A stretch of DNA of 63,785 nucleotides, filler included, from Olpidium bornovanus S191 (lineage: Eukaryota > Fungi > Olpidiomycota), in the NCBI GenBank assembly GCA_017911155.1. It is 29 parts of 29 records of this genome, joined end to end, with 100 filler letters (N's around TTAATTAATTAA, not from the genome) between each part and the next. Parts side by side here need not be neighbours in the genome. Positions count along the whole stretch, not along the records: positions 33,099 to 36,457 come from JAEFCI010005309.1; positions 36,558 to 37,725 come from JAEFCI010005276.1; positions 37,826 to 40,582 come from JAEFCI010003790.1; positions 40,683 to 43,572 come from JAEFCI010000557.1; positions 43,673 to 45,636 come from JAEFCI010002399.1; 24 more parts are not named here. One strand, 5' to 3'. This document shows, piece by piece, positions 32,999-45,736 of this stretch. The position numbers were made by a program, and so were the translations under genes. The notes beneath the pieces are model-generated. The model had not been told where the DNA came from, searched no databases, and saw only the letters and a list, made by a program, of their open reading frames with translations. How positions within the stretch are numbered: position 1 is the stretch's first letter; each line of letters starts with the position of its first letter.

Positions 32999-33157
32999 NN
33001 NNNNNNNNNNNNNNNNNNNNNNNNNNNNNNNNNNNNNNNNNNTTAATTAATTAANNNNNNNNNNNNNNNNNNNNNNNNNNNNNNNNNNNNNNNNNNNNGC
33101 AAAAAGGGGGAGAGGCGGGGGGCGCCCCGGTCGCCGGGTTTCACAAAAAAAAACTTT

Positions 33158-33195
<38 letters not shown>

Positions 33196-33248
33196 CTCTC
33201 TCTCCTTTTCTCCCCCACCTCCCGGTCCCCCTGCTTTTCGCCACCCAG

Positions 33249-33578
33249 ATGATTTGTCCTGCGGAGCGGTACCCAGACCACGCCGCGCTCTTCTGGATGG
33301 TTGAGAACATGCTGGCGTTCGAGAACGTCGGATTCTCCAAACCGGTGCCCGCCGAACCGGGCGCGGAGGGCGGCGCTCCCCCGTCACCTGTCGTGAGGTT
33401 CTTGGCCTGCGCAGACTGCGACCACGGGCCCATCGGCTACCACCTGGACGGGGCGGGGGCGGCGGCGGGAGCGGGCGGCGGCGGTGACCCGCCCGGGGTC
33501 GGAAGGAAGCAGTACCTCGTCGCGGTCGGAAGCGTGCGGTACGCGGACGCCGGGGCTGGCCCCGCCAAAAGAACATGA
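33249..33578 (+). CDS. RABIF: Mss4/RABIF/Dss4 Rab chaperone-GEF, last exon
   Basis: FWMVENMLAFENVGFSK...RFLACADCDHGPIGYH matches MSS4 WLVEDMFIFENVGFTK..KFLVCADCEIGPIGWH. Confidence 0.92.
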   Translation: MICPAERYPDHAALFWMVENMLAFENVGFSKPVPAEPGAEGGAPPSPVVRFLACADCDHGPIGYHLDGAGAAAGAGGGGDPPGVGRKQYLVAVGSVRYADAGAGPAKRT

Positions 33579-34552
33579 ACGATTTTTTTTTTCTTTTCCT
33601 TCGTGTTTTGTCGGCGATCACCACGTCCCCCGGCGGCGTCTTTTTTCTTGGTGGCGGTGGGGGTTGGGCGGGGGTGACGGGGGGGATCTGGGGGGATCTG
33701 GGTGGTGGATATGCGAGTGTGGGCTTTGTTTCTCGCATAAAGGACTGAGATTGAGCGGGGACGAGGGGGAAGTTCTATCCGGTGTCCATCCAATCTTTTT
33801 TGCATCTGTTGTGTCCCGCGTCCTCGCCCAGCCCCGCACGGGGCAAAGAAACGCGTCGCCCGCCGCAGATGCGGTTCCGGCGGAAAGTTTAGGAACCAGA
33901 TTCACAAGCGATCTTGTTGCGATTCGCTCTCTCTCTCTCTCTCTCGAGCGGGGGACCCCCTAGGGGTTCACCCGCGCTCGTCGTCCCGCCCGCCCATTTT
34001 CGACCGGGGCTCCAACGCGCGCAGCGCGCAGCGCAGGCGCTCCTGCTACCGAGCGGGAAGCCGCGCGAGCGGGCTCCCCGTCGATCCCTTTATTGGTTTT
34101 TTTTTTTCCGGTTTGTTCCTGTCTCGGTGGCAGGGCGGTGCGGGGGCAGGAGGGGGGGGGGCCGGTGTGAAGAACGCCGGCTTTCTTTCGGGGTACGGAG
34201 GAGCTCTACCGGAGCTGTATTTTCCGCCGCCTTTTGTTTACTCTATATGTGTGCGGGAAGGGGGAGCTACGGTCCAGGGGCGGAGAGTGCGCAGTGCGCC
34301 CCTTTTTACTTTGCTATTCTTTCCAACAGGGCCGAGCAGAGCAGCAGTCGCATTTCGTCTTGGCTCGCTCTGTCACGTGACCGCGGCCTCCGCCCGCCGG
34401 CGCACGCCGCACGCCACTGCGAAACACGCGCGCACAAACATTCGACGCCACACGCCCAAACCGCCGCCCCCGCCCGCCACCTCGCCGGGCTCGCCGCCCG
34501 CCGCCCAAACCCCCGCGCCGCACGCCGGCCTCACCGTCAGCGCCGCTTTCAC

Positions 34553-36259
34553 ATGCACGACCAGAAGGACGCGGGGCCCTCGTTCACCTACCGGCCGTAT
34601 GTGCCGCCCACGCCCACCGTCCACCCGCTGCGGCCGTACGCCGGCACCGGCCTCGCCGGGCCCGACCGCCGCGCGCCCGCCCTCCACCACCACCACCACC
34701 ACCACCACCACCACCCGGCGGCCTCCGCGCACCACTTCGACGCCGCCTACGACGACCTGGTGGAAGACGGCGCGCGCGACTTCGACAACCGCGCCGCCGC
34801 CCGGGAGCTGCTCAACTACGGGATCGCCAAGTACTTCAGCTCCGCGCTCGTCAGCCCCTTCCAGGTCGCGGCGACGCTGCTGCAGGTGCAGTACCTCCCG
34901 TCGAACCCGAGGGCGGCGGCGCTGGCCGAGGAAGTGTGGCAGGGGTCGGGAGGCGGGGGCGGGGGCGGGTCCGGATCAGGAGGAGAACCGCTGTCGTACT
35001 TCGGCGACGCCGCCGCGAAAAGAGCCGCCGAGCCGACCTCGTCGCCGCGAAGACCGCGGTGGGCCGGCGCGCGCAAAATCGAATCGAGTTCGGAAGAGGT
35101 ACACGCGAAACGCCCTTTTTTTTCTTATTTTTTCTTTTTTTTTCTTTTTTCGTTTCTTTTTGTCCGGTTTGAAGACGACCGCGTCCCGCATTCCCGAACG
35201 TTTCTTTCTCCCCGGCGCGGCAAAAAAAAAAAAAACCACACCAAGTGACACTGTCCCCGCGCCCGGTTCTTCGCGAAAAAAAAAAAAAAAAAAAATTCCG
35301 ACCGTCAGGATTCGGAACCGAACGCGAGGTCGGCTTTCGCCTCTGCGGCGTCGTTGGCCGCGGGACCTCCGCCTTTGGTCGCGACGCCTTCGTCGCAGAG
35401 CGAGTACGAGGAGGACACCCTGCCGCCGTACGAGCTGCCGCCCCTGGAGAACGGCGTGTGGGACGCGATAGGCGCAGTAGGGAACCACCCCACGGAAGGT
35501 TGGGGCAGCCTGTGGAAAGGTAAAGAAAAAAATAACCTTCCCCAGCGGGATTCGGGCCGGACGTTTCCCGCGGGTCAGCCCGCGGAGTGGCGAACGGCGA
35601 ACAAAACGCAAAAACGGAAAAACGGGAACGGAAAGCGAAGAGGGAAGGAAAATAAGGGGCCTGCAGGGGACTTGGAGGGGGGAAACCAAGAAAAAGGGGA
35701 GGAGGAAGGCGCGGAGAAAGAGAGGGGTCAGATAAACGAGGGAGAGGAAGGGGAGTTTGATTTGAACGAAGCGTCGCCGGAGTCTCCAGCCGCCCGCGAC
35801 GGCCACGGTCTTGTGCGCTCGGCGAGGCGGGGGAAGAAGGGATTAGCGTGGAGCAGAAGGGAACAGTAAACGACTGGCAGAGGGAAGAGGAGTTTGACGA
35901 ACAAAGCGTCAGCGGAGTCTCGAGCCGCCCGGCAAAGCCCGCGGTCGCGGCCCGACCGAGGCGCCCCGTATCTACTCTGCGTCGCGGCGACCCTTTGTCA
36001 CTGATCCCTTCGCCGGTGCCCTCGCCCTCCTCCCGTTCGCCTTTCATCGTCAGGCCAGTTCACCAACTGGCTTTACCAGATGACCCAGCTGTTCATGCAG
36101 CCGACCCTTGAGGGCGTGCTCAACGACCTGTTTGACCTGTACGACGACACAATACCGCTGGTGCATCTCGACAACGTCACGCCGAACCTCGCCACCCTGG
36201 TCACCAGCCACGTCGTAGTGGGTTGGGTCTTGAGCCCGCTGGAGCTGGTCCGGACGAGG
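34553..36259 (+). CDS. UGO1: Mitochondrial fusion protein Ugo1 (carrier-like), 3' partial
   Basis: LRPY N-terminus, YFSSALVSPFQVAATLLQVQY, EGWGSLWKG and LATLVTSHVVVGWVLSPLELVRTR. Confidence 0.85.
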
Positions 36260-36699
36260 TAAAAACGGGCTTTTTTGGGTCAAGGGCGAAAAAAAAGAAA
36301 AGGTTTCTGAGAAACAAGACGCACTCGCGGAGTCCACATGCCGCCGACGGCCGCCAGCGCCTGGTACAGCCCCCGTCCGCCCGCCGCCGCCAACGACCAC
36401 CGAAGCCACCACCACCACCACCACCACCACCACCACCTCCAACACCACCATCGCCGCNNNNNNNNNNNNNNNNNNNNNNNNNNNNNNNNNNNNNNNNNNN
36501 NTTAATTAATTAANNNNNNNNNNNNNNNNNNNNNNNNNNNNNNNNNNNNNNNNNNNNGAATTGGGCATTGAATAGGTATACTTCCAGATACGTTCAATTC
36601 TAATTTATACATGTCAGTGCGATGCGTTCATTCCGTACTATTATTTCCCTCCTCGTCATCCTGCATGCCGTGCTCCCCCTCAATCGCCTCCTCGCAATG

Positions 36700-37461
36700 C
36701 TAAATATTGGCCATCACTTTCTCACAGTTTTCATGAAGCAGCATCAAATTACGTGTCAGGCGCAGGATGTGGTTTTGGTCGTCCCGGGTCAGCTCGCCGG
36801 CGATGTTACGCGCGTAAACGTCCTCGTACCGCTTGCCTTCTAAGATCATACCGCGCAGCAGGTCGCCGTGCTTCTGGAGAGGGTCGTCTTTCGGGGGCGT
36901 ACACAGGTGGCGGTACACACGGTCCAAGGTACGAATCTTGGCGGGCCAATCCTGCATCTGTAAGATGAGCGTAGGCGCCCGGTCGAGTTGGCGGTTGAGT
37001 TCGCGGCTCAAGCTCTTCGCCACGCAAACGAACAAGTTCGCGACCACAATGTCGTCGCTGCGGGCAAACTTGGGCTTCGTGGGCATCCTGGGCGCGATTT
37101 CATTAACTGTTTTGCTGAACCATTTCAGGGATGAAACTCGCTTCCGTGAGCGCGGCGGGCCTAGGTTGCAGTGGATCAGAGGCAGCTCGCCGGCGACGGA
37201 TTTCAGGATACCGCACGCCATTTCGATGTGCGCCCGGACGTGCGACTTCATCTCCTCGGCGTACGCGGAGGTGGCCGGCGCGTCCCCGCTGCCCTCCCCG
37301 CTGCCCTCCCCGGGGGGCGCCGCGGCAACGAGGGCGGCAGGGACGGCGGCGAGCGCCGCGGAGGCGGCCGGAGCGTCCCCGCTGCCCTCCCCGGGGAGCA
37401 CCGCGGCAACGAGGGCGGCAGGGACGGCGGCGAGCGCGAGGAGCGCGGTGGAAAACTTCAT
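36700..37461 (-). CDS. Putative secreted protein with an internally duplicated N-terminal segment
   Basis: 253-aa ORF with signal-like MKFSTALLALAAVPAALVAA. ALAAVPAALVAA..PGEGSG(EGSG)DAPA occurs twice. No family recognised. Confidence 0.7.
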   Translation of the reverse strand: MKFSTALLALAAVPAALVAAVLPGEGSGDAPAASAALAAVPAALVAAAPPGEGSGEGSGDAPATSAYAEEMKSHVRAHIEMACGILKSVAGELPLIHCNLGPPRSRKRVSSLKWFSKTVNEIAPRMPTKPKFARSDDIVVANLFVCVAKSLSRELNRQLDRAPTLILQMQDWPAKIRTLDRVYRHLCTPPKDDPLQKHGDLLRGMILEGKRYEDVYARNIAGELTRDDQNHILRLTRNLMLLHENCEKVMANI

Positions 37462-37859
37462 TGTCCGGCGCGCACCCTAACGGGAAAAAGGGCCGGGAAG
37501 TGGGGGAGGGAGGGGGGGGAAGGGTCTGCGGAGGAGCAGACGAGACCGGGCCAGACGGGCCGTTTGTCGGGAGGAAGGGGGGGGGAGGGGGGAGGGGCCT
37601 TTTTGTAAACGAAATCGTTTGGCGAAACCGGCAGTCTGGTCTCGCCGTCAGAGTCGCGTTGGGCTCAGCTGAGTGTGGACTGCAGCAACGAACGGCGCCG
37701 GACGGCGGCGACGAAGAAGCCGTCANNNNNNNNNNNNNNNNNNNNNNNNNNNNNNNNNNNNNNNNNNNNTTAATTAATTAANNNNNNNNNNNNNNNNNNN
37801 NNNNNNNNNNNNNNNNNNNNNNNNNCATGCACATCCTAGGACAATTGGGTTGCACCCGC

Positions 37860-37920
37860 GGTTGCGTCCGTGGTTGCGTCCGTGGTTGCGTCCGTGGTTG
37901 CGTCCGTCGTGGCGTCCGTG
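37860..37920. repeat. 12-bp minisatellite GGTTGCGTCCGT x4 plus degenerate copies
   Basis: Visible directly in the sequence. Confidence 0.9.
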
Positions 37921-38532
37921 GAGTGCGCAGAATTGCCCCCTTGTTTTCGTTAGGGTCACACTTGCAGCCGCGGTTGCCCACCCCCGACTACATGTCGCGT
38001 GCGCCACATCCCCTTTTTTGCTACTTTAGTCAGGATCTTTGATTCCTTGTCCGGAAACATGATTTCGCATTTAGTAACATGAATCCTGAGACAACCGTGA
38101 TTGCACCTGCTTGAGGGACGGCTGCTCCGGGGAGGCACCCCAAATCACGTATACACCACATGCACAACACCTTCTGTGACCTTGTCAGCGGTTCTTGCCA
38201 GCAGACGAGCCTGCGATCATAAATATGAATCAGTGCAAAAAGTCACCATTTTTGGGTTTTCCGTGTTTTCAAAGGGAAAACCAGGAGAAACTGCATAATT
38301 GGCCAATGTTCCGCTGGGGGAGGGGCCGCCGAAGGGGCATGATATATTTTGTGCGATACGTCAAATCACGCGTCAAACACGACGCAAAATTACCGCTCAT
38401 ATGTGCGTGGTGTGTCGGAACGTTTTTCATCCGCAGCGAAACATGCCAGACCTTAAAACCGGCTAACGACGTGATCCAGGAGAACCTTTGTCGGTCGCGG
38501 AAAGTGCCCAGGCGCAGTTTGCGTAGATGCGC

Positions 38533-40582
38533 CTAGTCCGTTTCCGACCTTTTCTGCTGCGAAGTGCCCTTTGTCGACACCGTTTTGTTCAGTCCTGCAA
38601 ACTTGCGCGGGTCCTAGATTTCGTGATTCCCGCGATGTGCGTGATAAACTTGTTAGCATTCCCTGCCTGCGGACCCGACGCCTCTTGAAACCGAGATTTT
38701 TGAAGACAAAACGAAAAAAATCAAAACTAAGAGAACACGAAAACTCACGTTTCTGTTCATCTGCCGCCGATCACGCGTCCCGCGTCCGCCTTCCCAGAAC
38801 CCTGATGTCGACGGCTTTTCTTTGGTATATTTTCCGCACACGCACGGTCGGTCGGAGAACGGCTGCTCGCGGGAACAGTACCCGCACACCATCCGTGTAC
38901 AAGGATGCTCGTACTCGTGACCTTCCGCTTCAGCGTGGCAGACGTCGCACGCTGAAAGGGAGGGAAAACCCGTAGATAGTGGAAAGGCCCGGGTTAGAAC
39001 AAAAAACAGAGATGGCCTCACAAGCGAAGGCTTCGCCCAGAGTACGCTCGCCTAGTACGGCAGACGCGCACGAGCAACCCTAAAAACTTACCGTACACTA
39101 CGAAGATGCGGAAGGACGAGCGAGAGGGGCAAACAACGGGAAGGACGTTTGCAAATGGGTCAGGGTCATAAAGTCCAACCAGAGGAAAGCGTAACAGACA
39201 AACGAAACAAGCAACTGAGGAAACTCACGTTTCCCGCAGCACGTGAACCTCATCCACCTGTGGCTTTTCCTGTAGTGCCTGCAGGTGCCGGTGTCGGGCA
39301 GGCACTGCCCGATAACGAGACCGGGCTCCTTAGCCTTCCTGACCTTCCGCCGCATGGTCTCGGCTCGCGGGGGGCTGCCGGCGTCAATATCCAAACCACC
39401 GACACGGATAAACTGCACCGCCTGGATTTGGAAAGAATTCTGCGCGTGGCAGCTGCGGCAGTTGGCGGCCAGGAGCTGGCCCACGGCAACGGAACGATGC
39501 GGAGACGGAGACGGAGCGGCGCATGACTCGCAAGTCGTCACGTACGACGAGGGGTGCAGGTCAGTCGGGACCATACCCCGCACGACCAAGCGGCCTATCT
39601 TAAGGTTGGACGGATGGAGGAGCTCTGACGGAGTAAAACGGCAGGTACGGCACGGCTATGTTAGGTCGAATGGGAAATGCACGTTGACTTAAACAGGAAC
39701 AAAGCAACGAAACGTTACCCCGGTAAAACCCGATGCTGCCTTCAATCCCGCAGGTGGAGCAGAAAATGTGGCTGATTCCGTGTCCAGTAGTGTTGATAGG
39801 GGCAAGAGCCTTGATCTCGTTCAACTTCTTGCACCGCTCGCACCGAAGGCAGACAGAGATGGAAGTACACTCAATAGTCGCTATCCGGCATAGGACAACA
39901 TCAGGAATTCGGACGTCAACTCCTGCCGGTGGAAGCGGCGCGGCGGAGACGGACTCTGCGGTAGCCGTCGGTTCCTGTTCGCCGTCTCCGTCGAGTTCAG
40001 AATCTCCGTCGGTGAAACCAACTCCTCCGTTGACCACCTCGGACGAGGCATCATTTCGGATCCCAATGCCACCCTGAGCCGTGCACGACCCTCCCGCGCG
40101 TTCTCTTCCCAGTTCCTCGGACAATGTAGCATTTTCGCCGGCCGACGGCGCCAAGCCTTCGTTCTCAACCCCAAAAATTAGCCAGGGCCTGTCATCGGCA
40201 GGGAAGAGCTCAGACGTCCCGCCTCGTTTCGGTTTTGCGCAAGTTTGGGCAGTATGCCTTGCCTCGTTCTCGATCAAGGGAGGCGTCCGCTGCGGAAAGC
40301 AGCGCTGGCGTAGCGGCTGCTGCACGGAAACGGGGGACCCCTTGCCCAACAAGAACAACGGTAGGTCGTGGTCCAGACGGTTCAGCATGAACTGCAAGCT
40401 GGGCCGGACGCCCGAGGTGCCCAAGTGGATGTAAGTTGGGAAAGTCATTTCGATAAGAGCGCGAGCGTCGTCGGGCGCCGGGATCGAGTCCGGCAAAGAC
40501 AACACACGGATGGACGGCGCTTTCTCTGGGTAGGCTACGGGAATCATCAGTTCGATTTGTAATTCTTTCAGGCCCTGACATG
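38533..40582 (-). CDS. CHY-type zinc-finger protein (S. pombe C18H10.09-like family), 5' partial
   Basis: GQCLPDTGTCRHYRKSHRWMRFTCCGK, CDVCH, RMVCGYCSREQ, FWEGGRGTRD and terminal DPRKFAGLNKT, with an RWD-like N-terminal part. Confidence 0.85.
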
Positions 40583-41376
40583 NNNNNNNNNNNNNNNNNN
40601 NNNNNNNNNNNNNNNNNNNNNNNNNNTTAATTAATTAANNNNNNNNNNNNNNNNNNNNNNNNNNNNNNNNNNNNNNNNNNNNCATGGCTAGAGGAATAGT
40701 CGCTAGTGCTGCTGGCACGGGTGGGGGGGGAAGGAGCTGAGGCCCGTTCGTAATCTTGGTCTCTGTCGTCGGATGCCCCGCCGGTCCGCTTCGCGGCGTC
40801 GTTAGCGGACCGACGGCTGTATGCGACACCTGTGCAGACTCTCCGTCGCTGCCTCACAACTCCTGCTGAAGCTGGGATCAATCTCCGGAATCTTTGATTT
40901 GGTTGATTCATTATGCGCACGAAACCTGTTTCAAAAAGAACTGTACATGCGGGACATTCAGTTCCCGTGAAGAATGATTTCTCGCTATTTACAGGGATAG
41001 ATGATTGTTTTCGGCTATTGGCGCAGACGACGGGAGGTTCCACGGGTTGCGATCAGGTGTCTAGCAGGTGGATCAGTTTTACGGGAGAGATTGCCCCGGG
41101 AGTTCTGCAAAATTCCAAAATAGCTCGGTATGTCAGCCACTCGGTGGTGCGAGCATGCCCGTTTCAACGGCACGCCTTTGTCGCGTTGGCCTGCGTAAGC
41201 AAAGTCAGCGATCACCGGGTTGTGTCGTCAAACACATCCACTCGATTGGCGGTCCTATTGACGAAACCTTCCCTTCTGCCGGTCGCGCCACGAACCGGTG
41301 CCAAGGTCCAAATTTCCAGTACGGCGGCCGACCTCCGGGAACACCCCTATCACGTCGAACGGCGCGCGCCCGCGTT

Positions 41377-43340
41377 TCACCGTCCGGCGCGGCCCTGCGC
41401 CTGCTCCGCCGTTGGAGTCGGCTGCTGGATGGCAGTGAAACCTTTCGGCGTGACGGTGAACTGCAAGACCACCGGCGGGGCGACCGGGGACTTCGCGATG
41501 TGAATGTTCCGCGCTCGGGGATGGGGCGCGGGACGCCGCAGGTCAGCGTTGGTCGATTTATAGAAGGCCGATATGCCGGGCTGGTATTCACTCTCCGCGA
41601 ACTCTAGAAAGAGCCGGGTGTTCACTGTGCGGCGCAGCCTCATACACGTCAGTCAATCCGTTGAACGCGCTGCTTTTAGCCCGCCGCGTTCACATTGAAG
41701 TGAGGTACGCTACCGGAATGGCTCCACGTGTTACCCAGCGCCGCTGTGATCTGCGCCGCGCCAACGCCTGCTAAGCACGAGGTCGATGCCAGCGAGTCTG
41801 GGTCAACTCTTCAGCCATGGTGAAGACGACAGAGCGCGCGAGACGGTAAACAAGCCGGGATCCACACCGTTTCGCTCATGAGGGCTTGGTGTGTCATGTG
41901 ACCTCCTAATTGGCGTCCTCTGGATCCGCGTAGTTATCTGGTTCGTGACGACAACCTACCAAGGCACGCCCAGACGTCAGGGTGCCGCCAATCCCCGTCA
42001 CCCCACAAGGACTGCAAACGACGACAGGTGCCCCGAACACCTACCGGGATTCGGAAAGACTCGGCGATGTACCTGCGTGGCCGGGTTGCACGTATGAGAC
42101 ATGGGTGATTACGCCCATTGTGGCCGCCAGCAACAAGGGTGACCCTACTCACTTAAGCAAGGCGGCATCCTTGGATAGCAGATCGTTGCGGTTCTTAAGT
42201 TCCGAGTCGTGGTAATGCAACCCCACGCTGAACTCCTTCCTAACGAGGGCTGCAATGGAGTCCACTACGACAAGCCGAACTCGCCGGCCGATAATTAACT
42301 CTTGCAAGCATCCGAAGCTGAACCGAGGAGTGAATCCGACGTCTCCAACTCCTGGCGGATGCAAAGGGACGCCAGACTACCGCGGGGCAAACAGAAATTA
42401 CCGCGCACCAGCTAGAGAGTTCCTTCGATGACCTAGCGCGCAGGATATGCACCGAATCGGAGAGGGCTCTGACGGCGTCGCCGGCATCCGTGGCTGCCCA
42501 ACCAGCGCGATCGATATCCGTTGCGAAGGAGCTATCAAAATGTTCCGGGAAGCGCGCGCGGGCTATCTCCACCAAGCTTTTAGTGGCGCCTATGTTATCA
42601 GCAGAGGCCAACTCCCGGCGCACCCCATGCGACGACGGCACGCACCGTTGTGGGCTGAACGCGCCTTCCGTGTCGATGTAAGCGACGGCACCGTCCAGGC
42701 CTCCCATTGCTCTTGGCAGAGTCGCCAAAACTGCGAGCGTCGTGCATATCTGAGTCTGCAGAGCCACGTCGAGAGCGGCGCCGGAACACGGGGAGTCATC
42801 AAGCCGTTGCGACTATTTGCCGCCGCGGGGAGTTCCGCGGAGCACCCGTCGCTTGCGCACCTTTCCGCATCCGGCTGGCCCTGCGAACTCCGTGATGCTG
42901 CTACAGGGTATGCCGCCGCGCAGCGCATGGTCCAGCGCGGGGTGGCCCGTCTTGAAGAACGGAGGCATGGTAGCAGTCCCGGAGCACCCGGCCGCGTTGC
43001 CTAGGAGGAGGCTTCGGACCTGCCGAAAAGCCGACGGTTCACTGTCGCGGCTCCGCCGTGGTTGACAAGGGGTTTACTTCACAGCGTGCGGGGCGCGTAC
43101 CGTCGTCGGCTCCGGGCAGACTTTTCGGCTCGCCTTCCGGATGATGTCCAGCGCGACGTGCGGCGAGCAGCGGCAGGCCTCCGCGAGCTCCAGAGGCGCC
43201 GAGTTCAGCACGTCCTCGACGGTGCGGTAAGGCTGGGCGGGCGGCCTCGGGTCGGCGAGAGCGGCCAACACGTCCGGCGGGAGGGCGTGCTCGGGCGGCA
43301 GACGTGCCAGGAGGTGGTGAGTGGGCGGCGCAGACTCCAT
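41377..43340 (-). CDS. RAD51B: RAD51 paralogue RAD51B
   Basis: LDHALRGGIPCSSITEFAGPAGCGK|TQICTTLAVLATLPRAMGGLDGAVAYIDTEGAFS; LVEIARARFPEHF; LVVVDSIAALVRKEF; VNTRLFLEF...IAKSPVAP. These match RAD51B-specific text. Confidence 0.9.
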
Positions 43341-43690
43341 GGTTGCTCGGATTGGTGCGCAACTCTTGTCAAGGCAATTGAACGAGTGCGGCGTCAACGA
43401 AGGCTGTAGGTCCTGCCGCTGAAGAAAAAGAAGCAAAAAGAATGAAGCAAAAGGAAGTCCTCCGCCGAAAGAAGCAAGGGACGGAGCCCATCGCTCACAA
43501 AGTAGCTCCACATTTTGGAGATCAAAGTTGCGATCGAAAACCAATTCCCCCCCCCCCCCCCCCCCCCCCCCCNNNNNNNNNNNNNNNNNNNNNNNNNNNN
43601 NNNNNNNNNNNNNNNNTTAATTAATTAANNNNNNNNNNNNNNNNNNNNNNNNNNNNNNNNNNNNNNNNNNNNCAACGCCGCGTTTCGTAC

Positions 43691-44842
43691 CTTGTATCTC
43701 TCGATCTCTTTGTCCACGTCGTATTCAAAATTCCCGTAGCGCCTCACTTTATTTTGAACAAGAACTCTAAATTTTTCTTCGAACGCGACCATGTTCGATA
43801 GGTGGTGGACGCGAAGACCGGATCGCGAGGCTTTGGCTGAGTACGCCGGGCCAATTCCTTTCTTCGTTGTACCGATCGAGCCACGCCCAAGCTCCGCCTC
43901 CTTCAACCCGTCGACAATCATGTGAAAGTCGAAAACAAGATGGGAGCGGTTTGAAACAAACAGGCGATTTTTCGGGTCCAATCCTGCGCGAAGTGGTAAG
44001 CGGTGATAAACTTTAATATCCGTGCGCGAGCCGTGACCATGCGGCGAGACAAACTTATAAAAGAAAATTACGCGGAAAGCAGGTGGCAAAACGACAACAA
44101 CAACAAGATTGCGCCAGGAGCAACCACCTTTTTTGACTAACTTGTCCAGCTCCTCAAACAACGCCGGCAGATGGATAACAACGCCCGCACCTACAATATT
44201 GACGCAAGAGGGGCTGACAAGCCCTGCAAGAAAAGTATGAAAAACGCCAGCACGTAAATTGGCGTTCCAAACGCGCTGCTGTGTTCTCTCGGCACGGTTC
44301 GCAGCAGCCCGCTCGCCGCCTGCACTGAAGGAAAGCACCTACCGGACGGCAGCATGTGGAAGTCATACTTGATGCCGTTAGCGACAATGGTGTGCCCAGC
44401 ATTGTTGCCACCCTGGTTAAAGCAAAAAAAAAACCGAATACGACCGGCCGGACATGCGGTAGCCGGTTAGGGCAGTGTTATCGGCTAGGGCCTAAGAAAT
44501 ATGCGACAAAATAGCAGGATCGCGAAGATGCCGGCGGGGCTCTCCGACTCGGTGCCGCTACGGAAAAAGGCTTTCGTTGTCCAAGTGAAAAAACAAAAAA
44601 GGCCCGACAGGCGCTAGACCGAATGGAGTGTGTCTCTTGCGTGACAGGGCGGCCCGTTGCGCTTCTAAAGCGGGTCTGACGGTTGCCATAAATTGTTGCT
44701 CCGCGGATCTCACCTGGCACCGCGCGCAGACGTCTGCCTCCTGGCACAGGATGTCGACCAGTTTCCCCTTCCCCTCGTCGCCCCACTGGCTCCCAAGGAC
44801 GACCGTGGCCGCACCCGGCTCGAAAATTCCCGGGATGCCCAT
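43691..44842 (-). CDS. ADE12: Adenylosuccinate synthetase, 3' partial, multi-exon
   Basis: [33 protein letters not shown] and [15 protein letters not shown], with GT-AG introns. Confidence 0.97.
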
Positions 44843-45736
44843 GTTTGTTGGGGAAAACGAAGTCGCGAGTGCTCTCTTTTCGCTTTCGGGGAACACGAGC
44901 ACTGCAATGCTCAGGGAAATCGCGCACACGTGCAAGAAACGCGGGGGTCGCCCCGGGAATGTGTCCCCGGTACGGCGTGTTCGACGACGGAGGGCTGCCC
45001 TGAGGGAGCAAACAGCCGGGGAGACGCTGCGGAATGAGGAACCGGCGCGCCCGCAGAGCAGTCGGCGGGGAGGAGGGAACCGGCGCTGTGACTTCGCGGG
45101 GCGCGGCGGGAAGGTGCTGGGCTATCTCCGCGCGCGTGCGGGCGCTCGGAAAGGGCACCGTGTGGTGTGGTGATGGGAGGATCGGGGATTTCGGAAAAAT
45201 GGGGGGGAAAGGGTCTTTCGAGGCCAAATCCAAGTGCATTGCCGGCAGGGACACTTCAATGCATAGTTTAAAAAGCAACCAGCCATGCATCAGGAAGCAG
45301 GTTGGCTGACTTCTACATTATTCTGGCGATCCTGTCTTCATACCCTCTAGAACGACGTGCCATTCTCTCACAGGACAACTGTATTATTCATTTGGTAGTG
45401 GTGGGGGCCGCTTCCGCATGGACCGGATCAGCGGATCAGCAGTGCTGCTACTTGTCTTGTTGCTGGCTGTCTCGACCCCCTTTAACCCAAAACCACCACA
45501 CGTATGCGTTCATCGACATGTTTTTGAGGTGCCCTTCAAGGTGCACTTTGAGGTGCTATTCAGCGTGTGCTTTAAGGTGTTTTTCGACGTACTCTTCTGT
45601 GCGCCAAAGGGTGCCGTGCCGGTGCCTCCACGGGCGNNNNNNNNNNNNNNNNNNNNNNNNNNNNNNNNNNNNNNNNNNNNTTAATTAATTAANNNNNNNN
45701 NNNNNNNNNNNNNNNNNNNNNNNNNNNNNNNNNNNN

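Noticed and set aside
43691-44842. purA-like gene as possible bacterial contamination or HGT
   Set aside because: It has several GT-AG introns and is the normal eukaryotic ADE12.
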